From: a virus | Strand: one strand, 5' to 3' | Length of the DNA: 6,666 bases | Virus record (IMG/VR): IMGVR_UViG_3300005664_003236 | In this document: one piece after another, positions 1-5,437 of the stretch | Numbering within the stretch: position 1 is the stretch's first letter | Layout of the letters: every line of letters begins with the position of its first letter | Made by a program: the position numbers and the translations under genes | Notes under the pieces: generated by a model | Databases searched by the model: none | Told to the model about the DNA's origin: nothing | Seen by the model: only the letters and a program-made list of their open reading frames with translations

Positions 1-122
1 TGATCCCGGTCGGTTCCGCCGCCCGTGTTGTTTGACCTGTTGACACGACTGTCAGTCGGGCGAGGCTTACACTTCGCGGTCTTGCGTTCCTCGAATTGCT
101 TGACGCCCGCCGATCTGGCCCT
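1..122. repeat. Terminal direct repeat, copy 1 (circularisation overlap)
   Basis: Base-for-base identical to 6545-6666 (compared by eye over all 122 nt). Confidence 0.97.
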
Positions 123-275
123 AGAAGTCCAGTCGTCATACCATTTGCCACTATCCACCAGATCGTCGATCTGGCGCTCACGCGGAGTGCGCGTGGCGTC
201 ATACGCCGCCGTCATCGCTATCCGCTCTTCCAGCGTCAGTTTTTTCGGGCGGGAGGCCGAGAAGCCGCCTACCAT
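1..275 (-). CDS. 5' portion of a 104-aa junction-spanning ORF overlapping the rep 3' end; by position an analogue of phiX174 C/K or gokushovirus VP5; function unknown
   Basis: Hand translation of the minus strand from ATG 275-273 gives MVGGFSASRPKKLTLEERIAMTAAYDATRTPRERQIDDLVDSGKWYDDWTSRARSAGVKQFEERKTAKCKPRPTDSRVNRSNNTGGGTDRDQKLRFVPWCDRKS*. Codon 92 (CAG) is split between positions 2-1 and 6544. Composition is balanced (W/Y/D/E/K present) and third positions are mostly G/C, unlike the R/S/P-rich shadow frames. It overlaps rep (199-275) in the +1 frame. The start is uncertain: ATG 275 has no SD. Alternatives are ATG 215 (84 aa, GGAAGAG 9 nt upstream) and ATG 380 or 362 further upstream. Confidence 0.6.
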   Translation of the reverse strand, partial: MVGGFSASRPKKLTLEERIAMTAAYDATRTPRERQIDDLVDSGKWYDDWTSRARSAGVKQFEERKTAKCKPRPTDSRVNRSNNTGGGTDRD

Positions 276-1452
276 CGCCGCAGCACTCGCAAACCGCGAC
301 ACGTCCAAAGTGGACTTCGACGTAACCGGAAAGACGCGCGTCTTTGCCGGTTGCGGCGTCATAGTAGCGCCACCAACCATCTTCGGTGAGGTATCTTCCG
401 AAGCCGGTGGCACGAAGCGCGCTATCCTCTGTGCCATTGAGGCACCAGATACAGCGGAAACGCCACCCACGGGCGGCGATTTCCTGACGGCGCTTTTCTT
501 CGCCTTCGCGCTCACGCTGGCGGAAGTCGATATCGGCTGCGATGGTTTCGAGCGTTTCTTTTTCGTCGTTTTCTTCGACACGAAGTATCTCCATTGCTGG
601 CAAGTCATCGGCGAGCGATGCGAGGAGGGACGAGTATTGCGGCGGGCGACCTTCGCCCCGGAAAACCCGGCGATCATGGATCGCGCGCAAGTGCCAGAGC
701 AGCGCCTTGCGCCATGCTCCTGACGGCACCCAGAAGCCCCCGAAGCCGGGGATTTTAAGTTTAAGAGCCGGAAGCACGTCGCCGTTGGCGTCGAATGCTT
801 CCAGCCTTTTGACCAAGTAGCGCTCGCCTATGGCGGGGCGCTTGCTCATGCGGAACAGGCCAGTGGCGAAGTCTTCTGCCTTCGTTTCCCGCATGGTCCC
901 AGTCGATTTCTCGACCGTGAATTGGTCTTTTAATACATACGACAGCACATAATTCATGCCGCCTTCATCAGCGGTCTGGAAGGTGCAGAAACCCTTGCCC
1001 CAGACGGACCAGTGGAGGCGCTTTTCCGCGCCGCCAGGAACGGTCATTACCGTCTCCAAGTCTGTCACGACCTTGCCGAACCGCTCGACCTTGCCAAGCT
1101 GGCGAAGGTCGATATCGGAGTAAAGCACGAGGTGCCAGTGGCACCGATCGGTGCGCGAGCCTTGCTCGCCCGCCGCCAGAAAGCGGACGGTTGCGCGCGG
1201 CGATTGCTTGTGCGCCGCAGCGCGGATCCGCTTCAAGAAGCGCATAACGTCGCCGTAGTTGAAGAACCGGGCAGCATCCCGGTTTTCTTGCGTGGTTTCG
1301 TCATAGGTCAGCGCCACAATGAGAGTGTGGGGCCATTCGGCCTTTTCCATCATGGCCCGCGCGACCCAACCCTGCCGCCGCACAGCGATGCAGCTATTGC
1401 AGGTCCGACAGGCGAAGGTGTTGCCGTCTTGGGTTATGGGTCTATCACACAT
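199..1452 (-). CDS. VP4: Rolling-circle replication initiator (HUH endonuclease; Microviridae VP4 / phiX174 A-type Rep), 417 aa
   Basis: Track ORF 199..1494 trimmed to ATG 1452-1450, which has AAGGAG (1459-1464) 6 nt upstream; the track start at 1494 is TTG. RCR motifs occur in order. Motif I is LIVALTYD. Motif II is CHWHLVLY (H-W-H codons 1132-1140). Motif III is NYVLSYVLK, with two Tyr four residues apart (codons 949-951 and 937-939), as in phiX174 A. There is an N-terminal Cys cluster C-x12-C-x2-C-x2-C, which I recall being typical of gokushovirus VP4. Confidence 0.9.
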   Translation of the reverse strand: MCDRPITQDGNTFACRTCNSCIAVRRQGWVARAMMEKAEWPHTLIVALTYDETTQENRDAARFFNYGDVMRFLKRIRAAAHKQSPRATVRFLAAGEQGSRTDRCHWHLVLYSDIDLRQLGKVERFGKVVTDLETVMTVPGGAEKRLHWSVWGKGFCTFQTADEGGMNYVLSYVLKDQFTVEKSTGTMRETKAEDFATGLFRMSKRPAIGERYLVKRLEAFDANGDVLPALKLKIPGFGGFWVPSGAWRKALLWHLRAIHDRRVFRGEGRPPQYSSLLASLADDLPAMEILRVEENDEKETLETIAADIDFRQREREGEEKRRQEIAARGWRFRCIWCLNGTEDSALRATGFGRYLTEDGWWRYYDAATGKDARLSGYVEVHFGRVAVCECCGDGRRLLGLPPEKTDAGRADSDDGGV

Positions 1453-1505
1453 CGACGACTCCTTAGTGCTGTCGTTAAGTGCATACATGAACAAGAGTAT
1501 GCAGC

Positions 1506-1540
1506 GCCCTCGGCCCCCTCTAGACGAGGGGGCCGAGGGC
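1506..1540 (-). terminator. Perfect 15-bp GC-rich hairpin between the 49-aa ORF and rep; possible leaky terminator/attenuator or ssDNA structural element
   Basis: 1506-1520 (gccctcggccccctc) pairs perfectly with 1526-1540 (gagggggccgagggc); the loop is 1521-1525. It begins 5 nt after the TAG at 1546-1548. On the coding strand only a weak U-rich stretch follows (GCUGCAUACUCUUGUU), so this is not a canonical intrinsic terminator. Confidence 0.35.
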
Positions 1541-1545
1541 TTAGG

Positions 1546-1695
1546 CTACTTGGCGCGAGTGCGCCCCGAGCCTGTTTTGCGGGCGGGCTTTGCCTTGCCC
1601 TTCCGGTTCCACCATTCATGGTCATCCGGATCCAGAGGCGGGAGGGGCCGAGGAAGGCCCTTTTTCACGATGGGAACACCACGCCGCTTTTTCAC
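1546..1695 (-). CDS. 49-aa polycationic protein (16 K/R, 4 D/E); candidate DNA-binding/packaging microprotein
   Basis: Track ORF 1546..1731 starts at TTG. GTG at 1695-1693 is preceded by GGAGGA (1702-1707) with a 6-nt spacer and overlaps the amidase stop as GTGA. Product: (M)KKRRGVPIVKKGLPRPLPPLDPDDHEWWNRKGKAKPARKTGSGRTRAK. Confidence 0.6.
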   Translation of the reverse strand: MKKRRGVPIVKKGLPRPLPPLDPDDHEWWNRKGKAKPARKTGSGRTRAK

Positions 1696-2150
1696 AGCCA
1701 ATCCTCCGACCGAACCTTGAAGCCCGGACAAAGTTTCGGGGCATAGTCATTATGCCCCGAGACCTTTTCAATCCCAGGTTTGGCAGCGATCCAGCTACGG
1801 ACCGCCTTCCGCTGCGCTTCGGTGAACCACGCGCCGAAGGTGGCCATCACGTCGATCTTGCGGCTCTCGATCATGAGGACGCCGAGCGTCCCAACATTGT
1901 GGCCGATGACGTGCGCGCCGACCATCTCGCATGGCCTGCCGGACTGGATTTGACCGTCCGGCATGACGAGGCAGTGATAGCCGAAGCCATGCTTAAACAC
2001 AGCCCGCCCGCGGCCCGCCTCACGATGCCACCGATTGATCGTGGACCAGACCTGCAAAGGGGTCTGGCCCTCGAAATAGCCGGTTGGAATAGCGGCGCAG
2101 TGAAGAATGACCTCCCTTACGGGGATCTTGTTTTTGCCTTGCAGGATCAT
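1692..2150 (-). CDS. N-acetylmuramoyl-L-alanine amidase, T7-lysozyme / PGRP (Amidase_2) type, 152 aa; presumed endolysin
   Basis: The true start is ATG 2150-2148 (AAGGA at 2159-2163, 8-nt spacer). The 81 upstream residues of track ORF 1692..2393 are R/S-rich shadow overlapping the 107-aa gene. The sequence aligns by eye with T7 lysozyme as I recall it: ILHCAAI vs FVHCSAT, WH..G....GYHCLV.PDG.I..GR vs WH..GW..VGYHFII.RDG.VE.GR, GAHV.GHN vs GSHAKGYN, and GHNDYAPKLCPGF vs HHEVAPKACPSF. Equivalents of the Zn ligands and catalytic residues (T7 H17, Y46, H122, K128, C130) are present as H17, Y58, H133, K139, C141. The H-x5-K-x-C spacing is identical. Confidence 0.9.
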   Translation of the reverse strand: MILQGKNKIPVREVILHCAAIPTGYFEGQTPLQVWSTINRWHREAGRGRAVFKHGFGYHCLVMPDGQIQSGRPCEMVGAHVIGHNVGTLGVLMIESRKIDVMATFGAWFTEAQRKAVRSWIAAKPGIEKVSGHNDYAPKLCPGFKVRSEDWL

Positions 2151-2151
2151 C

Positions 2152-2475
2152 TCAGATTTCCTTGAAGTGACCGCCCGCCGTAATGGCGTAGGGCCGAAGG
2201 AGCACGATTTCGCCGAGGTAGTTTTCCACCTCGACCCGATAAGTTCGCGCGACAATTCGGACCGCCATATCCACCGCCTCGGCAAAGTCAGGCGGGAAAT
2301 CCCGCCCAGCCTTGTCGTGCAGAAGGATAAAGCCTTGCTCACTGATGTTCGCGAGCGCAGCGGGCCAGCCGTGCTTGCGCAGCGCTTTAACAATGAGCGT
2401 TCCGAGGTATTCAGCGGGTCCCCGATGCTTGGGGACCCGCCAGACGCGCTTGAGATAGCGCCTGCTAGTTGCCAT
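2152..2475 (-). CDS. Hypothetical protein, 107 aa (orphan, immediately upstream of the amidase)
   Basis: Internal ATG 2475-2473 of track ORF 2152..2871; upstream of it that frame is R/S/P-rich shadow of the 152-aa gene. Product MATSRRYLKRVWRVPKHRGPAEYLGTLIVKALRKHGWPAALANISEQGFILLHDKAGRDFPPDFAEAVDMAVRIVARTYRVEVENYLGEIVLLRPYAITAGGHFKEI has globular-like composition. It overlaps the preceding gene by 11 nt, has no SD, and its stop TGA lies 1 nt before the amidase ATG. Confidence 0.65.
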   Translation of the reverse strand: MATSRRYLKRVWRVPKHRGPAEYLGTLIVKALRKHGWPAALANISEQGFILLHDKAGRDFPPDFAEAVDMAVRIVARTYRVEVENYLGEIVLLRPYAITAGGHFKEI

Positions 2476-2923
2476 CGGCAGACGCCGGGGCAGGGGCAGG
2501 GGTAGGCTCGATGACCGGATTGGGGTCAGGGGCAGGAGCCTTCGGCACCCGCTCGACCGCCTTGAGGGCCTTAAGCTTGGCCTCCACCCGGCTTTCGATG
2601 CTGGCCAGCTTCTTGAGACCGTGGTCAAGCTGGCGCTGCATGGTCGCCGCCGAAGTCGGCACGTAATCCGGGTTTGCCCCGCTGTCGTGCGACCCTTCGC
2701 CGTAACGCTGGACGCCGTAACCCGGCTTCGCGCCGAATACGGCGATCCCAGCGGCGACCTGCACCTCGCAATCCGGAGGGATGAAGGCGAGGTAGCGGCT
2801 GGCGCGATGAGCGCCAGCCGGGACCGCGACGGAGGCGATGACCTCGCCGTCGCGGAGAATGTCAAGGGCACCGCCCTTGTCGGATACCAGCGTGTCGCTG
2901 GCCTTGATTTCAGATGCCTTCAC
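2465..2923 (-). CDS. Hypothetical protein, 152 aa: beta-rich N-terminal part, coiled-coil segment, Pro/Ala-rich tail; possible scaffold or minor structural protein (guess from position only)
   Basis: GTG start 2923-2921 with GGAGGA (2930-2935) 6 nt upstream, lying inside the last capsid codons. Third positions are strongly G/C. It contains a heptad-like stretch QRQLDHGLKKLASIESRVEAKLKALKAVERV followed by PKAPAPDPNPVIEPTPAPAPA. Confidence 0.7.
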   Translation of the reverse strand: MKASEIKASDTLVSDKGGALDILRDGEVIASVAVPAGAHRASRYLAFIPPDCEVQVAAGIAVFGAKPGYGVQRYGEGSHDSGANPDYVPTSAATMQRQLDHGLKKLASIESRVEAKLKALKAVERVPKAPAPDPNPVIEPTPAPAPASADGN

Positions 2924-2925
2924 GA

Positions 2926-4515
2926 TCAGTCCTCCAGATCAAAAATGTCTTCGTCTTCGATGATATCCACGGTTTCAACCGGGGTCGGACCGAAGACGAT
3001 GGGCGTGCGCACCGCGAGCGTGGACGAGACGCGATAGGTGCAGATTTCGCCGACCGTATCGGCGAAGGGGTAGTGATCGAGGCTGGCGGGATACAGAATG
3101 TTTTCCGGAGTCACAGACACCGGGATTTCCAGTTGCCAAATCTGGCTCTTGTTCTCGACCGTGTTGGGATCGACATAACGGTTGAAACCGTAAGTCGAAT
3201 ACGACCGCTTGAGTTGATTGTAGCCCGTGTAGAGAGCAACGGTCGTTTCGTTCGCTTGCAGACAGTCGCCGTCGATTTCCCGGATGGTAACGGCCACCGG
3301 GTCCAGCGCAAGCTGGTCCGAGACGTAATTGTCCAAGCCCCACGGTTCCGACAGGAACGGATGCGGTTGCGCCGCAAGGGTTTCGTCGGGCTTAAGGACG
3401 AGGAACGTCATGATGACGCCGCCCAATTCAGTCTTGGGGATCGGGACGTTGAAGCCGACCGTCACCAGGTTGTCGGTCCGCATCACGTCGTCTTCCACAC
3501 CGCCGGTGTCGGTCGCGCCCTTGATCTGGGTCATGAAGGGCCGCACGACTTCCGCCAGAACGAAGGGCAGCTTCGCGTCATCGACTCGGAGGCCATGTGC
3601 CCAGCGGAGCACGTATTCGGTCCCGAACTGGGGATAGGCCTTGACGATCTGCTCCATCTCCCGGGTGAGCCGGTCCATCGTCTCGGCATTGTAGAAGTCG
3701 ATCAGACTGACCCCTTGGGCGGCGCCGTCGAAGACCGCCGTCAGGTCTGCGGTCGAAGTTGCGCCGCTCCCCTTGGACTTCACGGCGATATCGGTCGCGG
3801 AGGTATTCCGGGCCTTGCCGTCCGACCCGGTCGTAACGATATCCGTCCCGTCCCCATCGCGGAAGGTCGAACCCGAGGGCTGCGAGGGCGTGTTCCGGAA
3901 CAGCATACCCTTCACCGGCAAGGTCATCTGGGGAATTTCCAGATTGACCATCCCGTTGATCCGGTCATCCGGGTCGAGGACGCCATTGAGGCGATCCAGC
4001 ACCGTGTTGCCGATCAGGGCCGGGGTGAGAGCCGTGTTGGAGTGGAGGATCGTCGCCGCCTTCACATATTTCCGCTGACGCAGGAAGTTGATCGCCGCGT
4101 TGTGCGCCAAACGCGGCATTTCGCTCACCTTTTTCACCCCGGCGATGGACTTGGGATGAATGTTGCAGCGGCGCGAGATTTCGCTCTCGTCTTCGAGACC
4201 GAACAGCGGATTGCCCGAGAGCAGCTTCTCCCGGATCACTTCCGTCATCCCGGCATAGGCCGCCTCGGGGTCTTTGATCAGGTCGATGGCCTGAACCGGA
4301 ATGAAGAGCGTGACCGCCTCGAAGGTCGGCGGAGTGATCAACCGACCGGGGATCGGGTCCAACTCGGCGGTGATGTTGACGGTATAGACGCCGCCCTCGA
4401 GCGGACGCACGGCCTCGCACATGACGGGGTAAAACTTGCCGCCACGCATCTTGCCGATGGCGGTATTCCCCGCCGTTCGCGTGGAATACTTGATGGGACC
4501 TTCGGGAAGGTTCAT
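2926..4515 (-). CDS. VP1: Major capsid protein (Microviridae F / VP1 jelly-roll family), 529 aa
   Basis: ATG 4515-4513 with AAGGA (4522-4526) 6 nt upstream. Size is typical of VP1. Blocks recognised by eye against remembered references: GGKFYPVMCEAVRPLEGG (cf. phiX174 F GRLITISTTPVIAGDSF and Chlamydia-phage VP1 G.LIPI..DEVLPGDT), TLFIPVQAI (cf. FTFYVPHRH / YFFVPLRL), and AHNAAINFLRQRKY (cf. RAYNLIWN.YYRD). It lies in the same genome as a microvirus-type Rep. Confidence 0.85.
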   Translation of the reverse strand: MNLPEGPIKYSTRTAGNTAIGKMRGGKFYPVMCEAVRPLEGGVYTVNITAELDPIPGRLITPPTFEAVTLFIPVQAIDLIKDPEAAYAGMTEVIREKLLSGNPLFGLEDESEISRRCNIHPKSIAGVKKVSEMPRLAHNAAINFLRQRKYVKAATILHSNTALTPALIGNTVLDRLNGVLDPDDRINGMVNLEIPQMTLPVKGMLFRNTPSQPSGSTFRDGDGTDIVTTGSDGKARNTSATDIAVKSKGSGATSTADLTAVFDGAAQGVSLIDFYNAETMDRLTREMEQIVKAYPQFGTEYVLRWAHGLRVDDAKLPFVLAEVVRPFMTQIKGATDTGGVEDDVMRTDNLVTVGFNVPIPKTELGGVIMTFLVLKPDETLAAQPHPFLSEPWGLDNYVSDQLALDPVAVTIREIDGDCLQANETTVALYTGYNQLKRSYSTYGFNRYVDPNTVENKSQIWQLEIPVSVTPENILYPASLDHYPFADTVGEICTYRVSSTLAVRTPIVFGPTPVETVDIIEDEDIFDLED

Positions 4516-4619
4516 TTCTTTTCCTTTCTGGGTTTGAACTTGATGGTCAGTTTCTTCGCGAGGACCGCCAGCTTCCGCCGCCGCTCCTCACAGGCCTTGC
4601 AGCGACGAGGGAGTTTCAT
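4512..4619 (-). CDS. 35-aa polycationic micro-ORF, J-like (candidate DNA-condensing/packaging protein)
   Basis: Not in the ORF track (<60 aa). Hand translation gives MKLPRRCKACEERRRKLAVLAKKLTIKFKPRKEKK* (16 K/R, 3 E). It exactly fills the VP2-VP1 gap: its ATG overlaps the VP2 stop (ATGA, 4616-4619) and its TGA overlaps the VP1 start (ATGA, 4512-4515). It sits directly upstream of the capsid gene, as J does before F in phiX174. Confidence 0.6.
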   Translation of the reverse strand: MKLPRRCKACEERRRKLAVLAKKLTIKFKPRKEKK

Positions 4620-5437
4620 TGAGGAAACTGGTGTTTCCACCAGTCCCCCGACACCGAGGCGTCCCCATTCTCGCCCTGATACTTCCGCTTGGCGCGCGTC
4701 CGCCGTTGCCGCGCGTCCGCAGAGTCGCCAAAGCCGAGGAAATCATCGGCATCGGTGAACCCATAGTAATTCGACGCACGCCGCAGATTATGGCCGAGAT
4801 CGGCAGCGAACTTACCAGCGCCGTAGACCCAGGAGCCTACGTCGCCGTATTCATCTTCCGCCTGTTGCGCGGTGGACCAGCCGGGCGCACTCTCCCAGCG
4901 CAGCCCGCTTACGAACCCACCAGCGCCCCGATCAAGGCGAGGATCAGGAACAGCAATCCCGCCATCATCGCCAGGACGAAGTAAGGTCGGATCATTAAGC
5001 GGATCAGTCGCTTCATTGGCTTCTCCCTCGCCCGCCGACCCAGCGGGAGACGCACCAGCGCCTCGCTGATAGATACCCGGCTCAATCGGTCGCAGGGTAA
5101 GGGCGGTAAGCCTGTCCTGCAAGACCTCGTTTTCGCGCTGATACTGGTTCAGTTGAAGCGCGTCGGCATTGCCCTTTTTCAAGAAGGCATCCGCCGCGAA
5201 CATGGCCGCGTCGGCCAGCGCCGCGCCCATGTAATTGGTGTTGTCGCCCGCGACCGGCGCAGCCCGTTGCAACAGGGTCAGCGGGTTAAAGCCATACTTG
5301 GCACCAGCCCGCCGCGCACCTTCGGCCATGCCGAAGATGGAATTGCGCGAGGCCTCCCAGCTATCCTCGCTGTCGCCGAGGACGCCGCCGAGAAGCGAGC
5401 CGAAGGCGCTGATACCAGCGGAGAGGGGGTCACTCAT
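4616..5437 (-). CDS. Putative DNA pilot / minor capsid protein (phiX174 H / gokushovirus VP2-like), 273 aa
   Basis: ATG 5437-5435 with GGAGG (5442-5446) upstream. The call rests on architecture only. There is a Gly/Ala-rich hydrophobic N-terminus (GISAFGSLLGGVLG) and a central heptad-like segment (ALQLNQYQRENEVLQDRLTALTL). A Gly/acidic middle and a basic tail (RQRRTRAKRK) follow. It lies next to the capsid module. Confidence 0.5.
   Translation of the reverse strand: MSDPLSAGISAFGSLLGGVLGDSEDSWEASRNSIFGMAEGARRAGAKYGFNPLTLLQRAAPVAGDNTNYMGAALADAAMFAADAFLKKGNADALQLNQYQRENEVLQDRLTALTLRPIEPGIYQRGAGASPAGSAGEGEANEATDPLNDPTLLRPGDDGGIAVPDPRLDRGAGGFVSGLRWESAPGWSTAQQAEDEYGDVGSWVYGAGKFAADLGHNLRRASNYYGFTDADDFLGFGDSADARQRRTRAKRKYQGENGDASVSGDWWKHQFPQ

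Noticed and set aside
1-122. Terminal repeats as LTR/IS ends or att sites of an integrated element
   Set aside because: The repeats are direct, they end exactly at the window boundaries, and they lie inside an ORF that is continuous only if the molecule is circular. No transposase or integrase gene is present.
25-723. 232-aa plus-strand ORF across the window start
   Set aside because: It is an antisense shadow in register with the rep frame. Composition is A/R/S/F-rich with no SD, and the minus strand here carries rep and the junction-spanning ORF.
1453-1494. Longer rep start (TTG 1494 or ATG 1488)
   Set aside because: Neither has an SD. ATG 1452 has AAGGAG at ideal spacing, and the conserved N-terminal MC...C..C..C block starts there.
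1012-1746. 244-aa and other plus-strand ORFs over rep and the amidase (1012..1746, 1319..1720, 1590..2165, 2107..2505)
   Set aside because: All are antisense to well-supported minus-strand genes, are R/A/G/P-rich, lack SDs, and cross the 1506-1540 hairpin or gene boundaries.
2151-2393. N-terminal 81 residues of the 233-aa track ORF (amidase extension)
   Set aside because: It is R/S/T-rich junk (MLKRCASTAGPLRSRTSVSK...) that overlaps the better-supported 107-aa gene in another frame. Amidase homology and an SD begin at ATG 2150.
2476-2871. N-terminal 132 residues of the 239-aa track ORF
   Set aside because: The composition is R/S/P-rich, and it fully overlaps the 152-aa gene, which has an SD, a protein-like sequence and G/C-rich third positions. 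Only the part from ATG 2475 was kept.
4536-4545. GAACTTGATG, an 8-nt contiguous match to the phiX174 origin core
   Set aside because: It lies on the plus (non-packaged, non-coding) strand inside the J-like ORF, with no adjacent structure. Its main value is showing that such matches arise by chance in this genome.
2914-4758. 614-aa plus-strand ORF, the longest ORF in the window
   Set aside because: It is in codon register with the minus-strand capsid gene (both have low coordinates = 1 mod 3). The G/C-rich third positions of VP1 therefore become first positions of the antisense codons and exclude T-initial stop codons. The product is R/G/D/V/H-rich low complexity with no recognisable motif, while the opposite strand has clear capsid blocks.
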